This document shows, piece by piece, positions 1 to 8,033 of a DNA stretch of 64,000 bases. The notes beneath the pieces are model-generated. The model did not search any database. It saw only the letters and a list, made by a program, of their open reading frames with translations, and had not been told where the DNA came from. A program made the translations under genes and the position numbers. This stretch comes from an uncultured Collinsella sp. Lineage in GTDB: Bacteria; Actinomycetota; Coriobacteriia; Coriobacteriales; Coriobacteriaceae. Each line of letters starts with the position of its first letter. Positions within the stretch are counted from its first letter, which is position 1. The stretch covers positions 17,708 through 81,707 of the forward strand of contig CABUUB010000001.1 of the NCBI GenBank assembly GCA_902494625.1, given 5' to 3'.

Positions 1-5
1 CAAAG

Positions 6-707
6 ATGAACGGTTCTGTTAAACGTGTCATTTTGGGCGAGGCAATCGTCTTGGTGGCGTGGCTTGTAATCATGTTTGTCTGCAAAAACGCGCTGATGAA
101 TCCTATCGTCTTTGCTATGTCGCTTGGCTTTGGGGTTTTGGCTTTTGCGGTGGCTTCGATTTCGGCTACCATGTCCGATAGGCAGTCCACGGTCAAAAGC
201 ACGACCGAAATCCATTATTTGCCGGTCGCATCCAGCTGTGCCTACTTTGTCGTTGCCCTTCTGGCCAACACGTACTTTGTGTTTGCGGCATATGGGTGGG
301 GCGGCAGCACGATTCCAGTTGTCGTAAACGTTGTCCTTCTTACTGTGCTTGTCCTTGTGCAGATGGGTCTAGCCTTCAATGTCCGCCAGGTGGACCAAAA
401 GGTTGCCGCCGTGGCGGCAAAGACGGTTCAAACGGCGCAATTTGCATCGTATGTGGGACAGCTCCTTGCCGTAGCGCAAGACGCTCAGGTCAAAGCCGAA
501 CTCAAAGTGCTCAAAGACGACATCTCCTTTAGTTCCAACATGTCGCAGCCCCATGCTCAAGAGATTGAGCGACAGTTCTCCGCTGCGCTCGAGGCCGTCT
601 CGAATTCCATGAGTGCCGATGAGCCAGCAGATGTTACGGTTGGCCTTGTCCATGATGCGCGCCGTATCTGGAAAAAGCGCAATGCGGCGCTGACCGCTGT
701 CAAATAA
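6..707 (+). CDS. hypothetical integral membrane protein (about 4 TM helices plus a C-terminal helical soluble domain)
   Basis: 233-aa ORF. The N-terminal ~130 aa form hydrophobic helices (VILGEAIVLVAWLVIMFV, IVFAMSLGFGVLAFAVASI, AYFVVALLANTYFVFAAY, VVVNVVLLTVLVLVQMGLAF). The C-terminal half is A/Q/E-rich and helical. No family recognised. Confidence 0.6.
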   Translation: MNGSVKRVILGEAIVLVAWLVIMFVCKNALMNPIVFAMSLGFGVLAFAVASISATMSDRQSTVKSTTEIHYLPVASSCAYFVVALLANTYFVFAAYGWGGSTIPVVVNVVLLTVLVLVQMGLAFNVRQVDQKVAAVAAKTVQTAQFASYVGQLLAVAQDAQVKAELKVLKDDISFSSNMSQPHAQEIERQFSAALEAVSNSMSADEPADVTVGLVHDARRIWKKRNAALTAVK

Positions 708-743
708 GAACTCGTGTTGCTTTTTGCCAGGGCACTTTGATGG

Positions 744-1568
744 TTGAAGTGGGGGAAGCTATTGGAAATCAACGGAATAACTTGCGAGGGCTGCGGCAGC
801 ACCGATGTCGAGTTTGACCCCGCAACGCGAAAGGTTCATTGCAACCAGTGCGGCCGCGAGATGTATTATTCGCGGGCACGTCTGGGGGCCACGGGCAAAG
901 TCGCGTTTGCCAAGGACAATGCCATCAAGTTTTTTAAGGGTGGTAACTTTCCGGAGGCCCGCAAATTTGCCGCGGACGTGCTCAATATGATGCAAGACAA
1001 CGCGGCGGCACAGTTTATGGTTGCGTACTGCGATGAGTTTTGTGAAGGTCTTTCGGGTTCGATGGTGGTTTTCTTTAAAAGGGCCGAAGATATCCCTCTC
1101 GAATATGACGAAGTGCGTGACTTGATCGACTTGTTTGAGTCGACGCTCTACAACATGCGTGACTTTGAGGTTCAGATGGTATCGCTCGTGGTCGCCAATA
1201 TGCAGAGCATGGAGGATCGGCCTCGGCTTGAGAGCTTTATCGATGCTGTGTGCCCGTTCTGCATAGCGCGGTATGCTTCGGAAGACTTTATGACTGCAGA
1301 GCGGGAGAGTTTCTATCAAGATATTGCCGCCAACTGCAATACACCCAAAACGTGTCTTGCACTACTCAAGGGCATTAGAGAGAACCCCGGGTCCCCCTAT
1401 AAAACTGGTTCGTTTGCGTTACGAAGAAGGACTTCGTACTTTTTCGAACACTATGTGGAGCCCGTCGGTCGCATCGTCAATTCGATGAAGGCAAGCCAAT
1501 ACAAACAGAAGTTTCTTGTGGCCTATCAGCAGGTGTCCGAGCAATACCGAAGCATGGCCTCTCAATAA
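744..1568 (+). CDS. hypothetical zinc-ribbon protein with an alpha-helical C-terminal domain
   Basis: 274-aa ORF. N-terminal CEGCG-x16-CNQCG four-Cys zinc ribbon, with a helical remainder. The start is non-ATG (TTG at 744 or 762), so the 5' end is uncertain. Confidence 0.55.
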   Translation: MKWGKLLEINGITCEGCGSTDVEFDPATRKVHCNQCGREMYYSRARLGATGKVAFAKDNAIKFFKGGNFPEARKFAADVLNMMQDNAAAQFMVAYCDEFCEGLSGSMVVFFKRAEDIPLEYDEVRDLIDLFESTLYNMRDFEVQMVSLVVANMQSMEDRPRLESFIDAVCPFCIARYASEDFMTAERESFYQDIAANCNTPKTCLALLKGIRENPGSPYKTGSFALRRRTSYFFEHYVEPVGRIVNSMKASQYKQKFLVAYQQVSEQYRSMASQ

Positions 1569-1640
1569 AGCAGATGGCGGGCGCTTACTCGCTTAAAGCT
1601 ATTGGATGATCTAAACAGTGCAAACTGAAAGGTGGTACAG

Positions 1641-3296
1641 ATGAGTGATTCGGGAGTAGATACTGTCCTTATCGAGCGCAGGATCGCCGCTATTGGAACA
1701 AAAGTTGACCAGATGACCACGAAGGTCGATAAGGTCGAATCGCAAATGGAGGAAGTGCGGAAGGACCTTAAAAAGCTCCGAAAGGACTTTCTCGAGATGA
1801 TGCTCGAGCAGCGTCGTACCGCCGCACTTGAGCAGGCGACTACGGAGCTCGTGAGCGTCCGGCAGGAGATGGACAAAAAGTTCGGCAACTACTCAGTGGT
1901 TCGAAACACCATGGTCGGTATTCTCCAGGCAACCGATGCGGCGCTCGTGCGCAAGGCGACGATTTCGACGGTCTCCGAGGAGTTAATGATCTCTACCCCG
2001 GACTACTGGCTGGCACCTGTCCTGGTTGCCCTTGCGGCATGGATCAACAACAACCGAGATCTTGCAGAGCGCGCAATACGCGAGGCTGTCAAACGTGACA
2101 ACGAGCACACGTCGCTTGCGATGGCTCTGATCTGCAGACGTAATAACCGCACGGCTACGTGCTACGAATGGTTAGCGCGCTACTTCTCGACGCAAAACGC
2201 CGCCCGCATCGATGCCGATGCGATGGTCTACATCGATGCCTATATCAACGGCATCTTTGGAACCGACGAAAAGCACCTGTGCGACGACTATATGGCGGGC
2301 TGGATCGAGCAGATCAGAAATCAGAGCCCTGAGTTCGAGAACGAGCAGTCAGAGTCATGGGCGGAGTACTTTACCGGCTACGAGGAGGATATGAGCTCGA
2401 GATATCCGGCGCTCAAGGTGGTGGTCAAGGAGTTTGACTACATCAATAAGTATCTCGGAAAAGTCGAGGCAATCGAGAGCATCTCCAATGACTTCGCCGA
2501 CCTCAAGGCTTCTGATGTTGACGAGAGGACGCTTGCCGAGCAGGTTGACAGGCATTTGATGGAGCTCGTTAACTCCGATGACTCCAAGGAGCGAAATTTG
2601 CGCCGCCAGGAGGAGTATCTTCTTGCGGTCAAGGCATTTGGCGGAGACGTGGAGCGCGCCCGAGAGCTCGTCAATCGTCGCCGCGATGAGAAGCGTCAGC
2701 AGACGATGAACATCATCGACCAGATGACACGCTCGATGCGCGACCAGAGTGCGTCTGTGGATGTGCATAAGAAGAAGACCGCGATTCAGTTTTTGGGTTC
2801 CTATATCAACGGTGGTTTCAACCGGTATCGCAAGAGCGACATCCCCGAATTTCCGCAGGCGATCACCCTTGACTTCGACGGATGGACAAGCAGGGCGGTT
2901 ACCGGCGATGAGGGTAATGCGCTGCGCGGCGATTATGTTCGCTATGTCGGTGAAGAGAAGAAAAAGGAGCTCGCTGAGCTTGATGTCAAGGTTGCGAAGG
3001 GCAACAAGAGCCACAAGATAGCGGCCGTTGTCCTCGCTGTTTTGGGAGTAGCTTTCTTTGCGTTTGTAAACCAGGTTATTGGCATTCTGCTTCTTGCGGG
3101 GGCTGGCTATTGTCTAGTAAAGACGAGCCTCTCGGGCAAGCAGCGCGCTGCGGAGGCAGAAGAGATTGAGGCCAAATACTCCAAACGCATCCAGGAAGGC
3201 TGTTCCGAGATCGATCTGGTGCTTAATCAGTGGAAGAGCGCGAAGGAAGCTGCGGCCGAGCGCAGCGACCTGCTTAAGCTTGAGAAGGTTGCCTAG
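1641..3296 (+). CDS. hypothetical coiled-coil protein with a C-terminal TM hairpin
   Basis: The ATG at 1641 lies 5 nt after GAAAGGTGG. The N-terminus has heptad-like K/E/Q-rich helices. Two adjacent hydrophobic helices lie near the C-terminus (IAAVVLAVLGVAFFAFV, VIGILLLAGAGYCLV), followed by a charged tail. No family recognised. Confidence 0.6.
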   Translation: MSDSGVDTVLIERRIAAIGTKVDQMTTKVDKVESQMEEVRKDLKKLRKDFLEMMLEQRRTAALEQATTELVSVRQEMDKKFGNYSVVRNTMVGILQATDAALVRKATISTVSEELMISTPDYWLAPVLVALAAWINNNRDLAERAIREAVKRDNEHTSLAMALICRRNNRTATCYEWLARYFSTQNAARIDADAMVYIDAYINGIFGTDEKHLCDDYMAGWIEQIRNQSPEFENEQSESWAEYFTGYEEDMSSRYPALKVVVKEFDYINKYLGKVEAIESISNDFADLKASDVDERTLAEQVDRHLMELVNSDDSKERNLRRQEEYLLAVKAFGGDVERARELVNRRRDEKRQQTMNIIDQMTRSMRDQSASVDVHKKKTAIQFLGSYINGGFNRYRKSDIPEFPQAITLDFDGWTSRAVTGDEGNALRGDYVRYVGEEKKKELAELDVKVAKGNKSHKIAAVVLAVLGVAFFAFVNQVIGILLLAGAGYCLVKTSLSGKQRAAEAEEIEAKYSKRIQEGCSEIDLVLNQWKSAKEAAAERSDLLKLEKVA

Positions 3297-3339
3297 CCGG
3301 TAGGATTTGTCTCGATAATCCATGAATGGAGTGAAAAAG

Positions 3340-3531
3340 ATGGCTGATGAAGTGACTGATTTCGACCATAACGATGCTGCAATGCAGGACCTCGATGCAT
3401 TGAGCGAGCTCGATAGTCTGTTTGAAGAGGACGAGCGACTGAAGCAAGCTGAGAACAATGTTTTGACCCAAAATCTCACGGGCTTTGCAAACTGCTTTCC
3501 CGATTGGGATTTGCATCCGCCGGTAGCGTAG
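3340..3531 (+). CDS. small acidic hypothetical protein
   Basis: 63 aa counted from the ATG preceded by GGAG (the ORF opens at 3322). Very D/E-rich. It ends in FPDWDLHPPVA. It is the last gene of the same-strand run 6-3531. Confidence 0.4.
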   Translation: MADEVTDFDHNDAAMQDLDALSELDSLFEEDERLKQAENNVLTQNLTGFANCFPDWDLHPPVA

Positions 3532-3733
3532 AAAAGCGCTTGAAGCACAAGCTGCGATCATTTGGAAACATCGATGTTTCTGCGGGCTAGAAGCCATGGG
3601 GCTTTTGGCCCGCTGGCTTTCATATGCCGGTCGGCGGCATAGGGCATCAACCGTATTCAAGGTTCTTGGACGCCAGGCCGACTCGCTTCGGATCGGGCGC
3701 TACACCACCTTTCTCGACACTACCAATCTGACA

Positions 3734-3766
3734 GGGCCTCGTCCGTTCTCGGGCGGGGCCCTTTTG
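3734..3766 (+). terminator. intrinsic terminator ending the 6-3531 transcription unit
   Basis: GGGCCTCGTCCG-ttct-CGGGCGGGGCCC hairpin followed by TTTTGTGTG. Confidence 0.55.
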
Positions 3767-3781
3767 TGTGACCTAACAGGT

Positions 3782-3799
3782 TTGCTATACTGCTAGCAA
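3782..3799. promoter_or_regulatory. inverted repeat TTGCTA-N6-TAGCAA overlapping a TATACT -10 box; putative antitoxin operator and promoter
   Basis: TTGCTATACTGCTAGCAA lies 17 nt upstream of the antitoxin ATG. TTGTGT sits 16 nt upstream of TATACT as a possible -35. Confidence 0.4.
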
Positions 3800-3815
3800 G
3801 TAGGAAGGAGCCGCT

Positions 3816-4160
3816 ATGGGAATGACAACAGTGCAGCTCAACACGCGAATCGATCCTATGCTCAAAGCTGGTGGCGATGCGGTCCTAACTCGCAATGGAT
3901 TGGGGCCGAGCGATGCCATTCGTGCGCTTTGGGCCTATCTCGTCGAGCATCAAACGTTGCCGGGATTTATGGCGGCGGATAAGCGAGAGGCGCCCCGTGC
4001 GGAGAACCTGGCCGAGCAGGGGTGTGGCCTGGCTTTTTCTTCGTTGGGGCTGAGCGCGTCGGATTTTGCACCGGCCGAATCTTCGGCGGAAGACTGGGAT
4101 GCCGTACGGGATGATATGTATGACGCGATGATTGCCGACATTGAGGCGAATTGCCGATGA
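3816..4160 (+). CDS. RelB/DinJ-family type II antitoxin
   Basis: 114 aa. The N-terminal VQLNTRIDPMLKAGGDAVLTRNGLGPSDAIRALWAYL matches the RelB/DinJ ribbon-helix-helix pattern. Strong RBS (GGAAGGAG). The stop overlaps the next gene's start (ATGA). Confidence 0.7.
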   Translation: MGMTTVQLNTRIDPMLKAGGDAVLTRNGLGPSDAIRALWAYLVEHQTLPGFMAADKREAPRAENLAEQGCGLAFSSLGLSASDFAPAESSAEDWDAVRDDMYDAMIADIEANCR

Positions 4161-4624
4161 TTGAGGCAAAGCATCTCTTGGTGGATACGAACGTTTGGCT
4201 CGATTATTACCTGCAAGAGGGGGCGTTCGACGAAGCGAAAAGATTGGTTGAACTGGCCGAGGCAGGAACGATTGACCTTCTGTATGCCCCAACGACGGCA
4301 AAGGATGTGTTCTATATTTTGCCCCGGCGACTAGCCCGGCGGAATGCGAATGGGATTAACGTGTCGTTTGCCTCGGCGTCATGGGCCTGCATTGAGCACA
4401 TGATGCGGGTGGCAACCGCCTCTCCGCTTTCGTTGGCAGAGTGCGAGATGGCGCGCATGCTTGGCAAACGCATGCCGGATCTTGAAGACAACCTCATCAT
4501 CGCTTCGGGCGAGACGGCAGATGTTGACTACGTGGTCACGAGCGACCGGCGCATGCTGGAGGCGATGCCTGAAGTTTGCCTGACGCCTGCCCGTGCACTC
4601 GAGATGATTGGGATCCTCGGCTAA
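4157..4624 (+). CDS. PIN-domain (VapC-like) toxin
   Basis: The N-terminal LLVDTNVWLDYYL carries the first PIN acidic residue. The C-terminal DYVVTSDRRM is typical of the last PIN acidic motif. There is a 4-nt overlap with the antitoxin gene. Confidence 0.7.
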   Translation: MIEAKHLLVDTNVWLDYYLQEGAFDEAKRLVELAEAGTIDLLYAPTTAKDVFYILPRRLARRNANGINVSFASASWACIEHMMRVATASPLSLAECEMARMLGKRMPDLEDNLIIASGETADVDYVVTSDRRMLEAMPEVCLTPARALEMIGILG

Positions 4625-4689
4625 CCTTACCTGTCTCGTTTCGCTATCATATGGGGCATTGTGAACCTCATGCAACTTTGGAGGACGGT

Positions 4690-5157
4690 ATGGCGGATAA
4701 CGCCGAGATGCTATTCTCGCCTGAGCTGGTGTTTTTTGATTGGGAGTGCGCGACGCCGGGTGAGGTGTTTGCGCGACTCGAGGGCGAGCTCGCTCCGCGC
4801 GGCTACATTGCGTCCGGTTGGCTCGATGCCGTCCGTACGCGCGAGGACAACTATCCCACGGGCCTCGCCATGCCGGCGGCCAATATTGCCATCCCGCATA
4901 CCGATCCCGGATTTGTGGCTAAGCCCTATATCGCGGTGGTGAAGCCCTCCGCGCCCGTGACGTTCAACGCTATGGCGGGCATGGGCGCTCCCGTGCCGGC
5001 GCGGATTATTATCAATCTGGGTATTGCCGAGCCGGGCGGCCAGGTCGAGGCCCTGCAAGCGCTCATGAATATCTTTATGGATGCCGACTCCGCAGCCGAC
5101 GTGCTCGGCCAGGCCACACCCCAGGGCATGGTCGACGCCATCCGCCGCCACTTCTAA
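4690..5157 (+). CDS. PTS EIIA (fructose/mannitol type 2) domain protein, stand-alone
   Basis: The ATG at 4690 follows GGAGGA. The sequence YPTGLAMPAANIAIPHTDPGFV contains the EIIA-2 phosphorylatable-His region. No EIIB or EIIC lies nearby. Confidence 0.65.
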   Translation: MADNAEMLFSPELVFFDWECATPGEVFARLEGELAPRGYIASGWLDAVRTREDNYPTGLAMPAANIAIPHTDPGFVAKPYIAVVKPSAPVTFNAMAGMGAPVPARIIINLGIAEPGGQVEALQALMNIFMDADSAADVLGQATPQGMVDAIRRHF

Positions 5158-5169
5158 AGTGGAGCTAAA

Positions 5170-5277
5170 CCGGCACCTGGGGACGTTCCTTATGTGCCGG
5201 CGCTTGGGGACTGTCCCTAACTGCCGACAGAAAAGGAACGTTCCTGACTGCCGGCTGCCAGGGACAGTCCCCTTTGC
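5170..5277. repeat. four tandem 27-bp repeats, each with a GGrAC-N(1-2)-GTyCC palindrome
   Basis: Units at 5170, 5197, 5224 and 5251: ccggcacctggggacgttccttatgtg / ccggcgcttggggactgtccctaactg / ccgacagaaaaggaacgttcctgactg / ccggctgccagggacagtcccctttgc. Confidence 0.85.
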
Positions 5278-5382
5278 ACCAAAATGGTGCAGATTAACCT
5301 GTCCCCCATGCACCAGGTGTGCCGCGGGGGCTGCGTTGTGACACAATGGCGTTTGTTCGATTCGTGATGCGAAAGGCCAAAC

Positions 5383-6606
5383 ATGGCAAACAAGAAAAAG
5401 AACCCCGAGGTCGCGCCGACGCCCGAGCAACGGTCTTGCGCCGCCTCCAGCTCTCGCAAGAAGCAGCGCAAGACCTATGTGTCCAAGACCGTCAAGATTG
5501 TCCTGGTGGTCATCGGCGTGCTGGCGATGCTGCTCTCCGTTTCGGCCATGGCGTGCTCCGGCCTGATGTCGCAGACCGAAAGCGCCGGCTCGGGCTATAA
5601 GCTCACCGGCGGTGTGGCTGCCACCATCAACGGCACCAACCTCACCGAGGACACCGTGACCAAGCAGATTATGAGCATGCGCACGTCCTACGGCTACACC
5701 AAGGACAAGGACTGGGCACAGTACCTGGTCGACAACGACCTCACACCCAAGAAGTACCGCAAGCAGCTCATCGACTCCTACGCGCAGCAGATCCTGCTTC
5801 AGCAGGCGCAGAAGGAAAACGGCGTGACCGTCTCGGACGAGGAGGTCGAGAAGGCTTGGAAGGACGCCTGCAAGAGTGCCGGCGGCGCCAAAGCCTTTAA
5901 GAAGACGCTTAAGACCTATGGCTACACCGAGGACACCTACAAGGACTCGCTCAAGGAGAGCCTGGCGCAGCAAAAGCTCAAGGATGCCGTGGCACCCACC
6001 AGCAAGCCCAAGGACAGCGAGATTGTCGATTACATCAACGAGAACCTGTCCAACTACAATGACGCCCGTCGCTCGTCGAATATTCTGATCAAGGTCGATT
6101 CTGACGCTTCCGACGAGGACAAGGCCGCCGCCAAGGCCAAGGCGCAGGAGTGCCTGGACAAGATTAACTCCGGCGAGCTGAGCTTTGAGGACGCCGTGAA
6201 GCAGTATTCCGACGACACCGGTTCCAAGGAGAAGAAGGGCGATGTGGGCTGGGATAAGCTCACCACCTTTGTCGACAGCTACCAGACGGCGCTCGAGGGG
6301 CTCAACAAGGGCGACGTGAGCGAAGTCGTCGAGTCGACCTATGGTTATCACATCATCAAGTGCACCGACTACTTCCATGTCGATAATCAGGTCGATGACA
6401 TTAAGCAGGTGCCCAAGGACATCAAGAAGTACGTCTCCAACGTGGTGAAGACGCAGGCGGCAAGCACCGCGTACAGCGAGTGGCTGGAGCAGTACAAGAA
6501 GGACGCCGACATTACCGTCAACCCCATGCCCAAGGACGTGCCGTACAACGTCAGCCTGAAGGGCGTCACCAAGAGCTCGACCGACAATTCGTCGACGACC
6601 AAGTAA
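5383..6606 (+). CDS. membrane-anchored parvulin-type peptidyl-prolyl isomerase (PrsA/SurA-like foldase)
   Basis: A basic N-terminus is followed by one TM/signal-anchor helix (IVLVVIGVLAMLLSVSAMAC). The C-terminal PpiC domain reads ARRSSNILIKV...GDVGW...STYGYHIIKC. Confidence 0.8.
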   Translation: MANKKKNPEVAPTPEQRSCAASSSRKKQRKTYVSKTVKIVLVVIGVLAMLLSVSAMACSGLMSQTESAGSGYKLTGGVAATINGTNLTEDTVTKQIMSMRTSYGYTKDKDWAQYLVDNDLTPKKYRKQLIDSYAQQILLQQAQKENGVTVSDEEVEKAWKDACKSAGGAKAFKKTLKTYGYTEDTYKDSLKESLAQQKLKDAVAPTSKPKDSEIVDYINENLSNYNDARRSSNILIKVDSDASDEDKAAAKAKAQECLDKINSGELSFEDAVKQYSDDTGSKEKKGDVGWDKLTTFVDSYQTALEGLNKGDVSEVVESTYGYHIIKCTDYFHVDNQVDDIKQVPKDIKKYVSNVVKTQAASTAYSEWLEQYKKDADITVNPMPKDVPYNVSLKGVTKSSTDNSSTTK

Positions 6607-6660
6607 TCATGGGACGGCGCTCGCGCGAGTGCCGCCCACGCTATTGAGGAGGATTTGCAG

Positions 6661-7104
6661 ATGACCAACGAAGAGCTGCAGAAGGAAATGATTGCGGCCA
6701 TGAAGGCCAAGGACAAGGTTCGCCTGTCTATCATTCGCCAGGTCAAGGCCGAGGTGAAGAATATCGAGGTTAACGAGCGCCGCGACGTGACCGAGGAAGA
6801 CGTCAACAGCATGATCAAGCGTCTGATTAAGCAGACGAGCGAGACGCTGGAGATGTCCATCAAGGCCGGTACCGACCAGGAGCGTACCGACAACCTGACC
6901 GAGCAGGTCGAGATTCTGGAAAGTCTGCTGCCCGCGCAGGTTTCGGGCGAGGAGCTCGAGGCCCTGATCGAGCAGGTCATCGCCGAGCTGGGCGCCACGT
7001 CCAAGAAGCAGATGGGCCAGGTTATGGGTGCGCTCGGCAAGGCCACCGGCGGCAACTTCGACAAGCCGGCCGCGGCAAAGATCGTCGGAGCCAAACTCGC
7101 GTAA
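6661..7104 (+). CDS. yqeY: GatB/YqeY domain-containing protein
   Basis: LQKEMIAAMKAKDKVRLSIIRQVKAEVKNIEV...QMGQVMGALGKATGGNFDKPAAAKIV is the canonical YqeY pattern. The ATG lies 8 nt after GAGGAGG. Confidence 0.8.
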   Translation: MTNEELQKEMIAAMKAKDKVRLSIIRQVKAEVKNIEVNERRDVTEEDVNSMIKRLIKQTSETLEMSIKAGTDQERTDNLTEQVEILESLLPAQVSGEELEALIEQVIAELGATSKKQMGQVMGALGKATGGNFDKPAAAKIVGAKLA

Positions 7105-7132
7105 GGGCCGAGCGGTACATAGTTGATGTTGA

Positions 7133-7168
7133 GGGGGGGCGTGGCCGTCATGGTCGCGCCCCTTTTTG
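7133..7168 (+). terminator. intrinsic terminator after yqeY
   Basis: GGGGCGTGGCC-gtcat-GGTCGCGCCCC hairpin followed by TTTTTG. Confidence 0.6.
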
Positions 7169-7293
7169 CTGGGCTGTCCCCAATGAGTGGGTTAAAGGTT
7201 GCGGGTTCTTTACGGGAATGTGGTGTGGGCTGCGGAAATGTGGTTCTTTCCGTACAATAGTTCAACTCGTGTAAACGCAGGGAAGGGACATTC

Positions 7294-8025
7294 ATGGCAG
7301 ACATGATCGAGATCAAGCATCTCAACAAGTACTTTGGCGACCTGCATGTGCTCAAAGATATCAATCTCACCGTCAAGCGCGGCGAGAAGCTCGTAATGAT
7401 CGGGCCTTCCGGCTCGGGTAAGTCGACGCTCATCCGTTGCGTCGATTATCTGGAGGAGCCCACGTCGGGCGAGGTCGTCATCGACGGTACGCCGCTCACC
7501 AAAAAGAATCACCTGGAGATGGCTCGCAAGTACAGCTCCATGGTGTTTCAGCAGTTCAACCTGTATCCCAACATGACGGTGCTGGGCAACCTGACGCTCG
7601 CACCCATCAAGCTGCAAAAGAAGAGCAAGGAGGAGGCGACCGAGATCGCCATCGCCGCGCTCAAGCGCGTCGGCATGGCGCATAAGGCTGGCGAGTATCC
7701 GCAGAATCTCTCGGGCGGTCAGCAGCAGCGCATCGCCATCGCCCGTGCCCTGTGCACCAAGCAGCCTATCATCCTGTTTGACGAGCCGACCTCGGCGCTC
7801 GACCCCGAGATGGTCCAGGAGGTACTGGACGTTATGATTGAGCTCGCGCAGGAGGACATCACCATGATCTGCGTGACGCACGAGATGGGCTTTGCGCGCC
7901 AGGTGGCCGACCGCGTCATCTTTATGGAGGACGGCCGCATTCTGGAGGAGGGCACGCCCGAGCACTTCTTCGATAACCCCGAGAACCCGCGTTGCCGCGA
8001 GTTCCTGTCCAAGATTCTGCACTAG
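7294..8025 (+). CDS. polar amino-acid ABC transporter ATP-binding protein (GlnQ-like)
   Basis: Walker [10 protein letters not shown], signature [15 protein letters not shown], Walker [12 protein letters not shown], and the typical C-terminal [15 protein letters not shown]. Confidence 0.9.
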   Translation: MADMIEIKHLNKYFGDLHVLKDINLTVKRGEKLVMIGPSGSGKSTLIRCVDYLEEPTSGEVVIDGTPLTKKNHLEMARKYSSMVFQQFNLYPNMTVLGNLTLAPIKLQKKSKEEATEIAIAALKRVGMAHKAGEYPQNLSGGQQQRIAIARALCTKQPIILFDEPTSALDPEMVQEVLDVMIELAQEDITMICVTHEMGFARQVADRVIFMEDGRILEEGTPEHFFDNPENPRCREFLSKILH

Positions 8026-8033
8026 GCGCGGTG

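Noticed and set aside
5081-5341. 86-aa ORF whose product shows 9-aa repeats (RHLGTFLMC / RRLGTVPNC / RQKRNVPDC / RLPGTVPFA)
   Set aside because: The periodicity is simply the translation of the 27-bp DNA repeats. The ORF begins inside the EIIA gene in another frame and has no RBS. The palindromic cores argue for a DNA- or RNA-level function.
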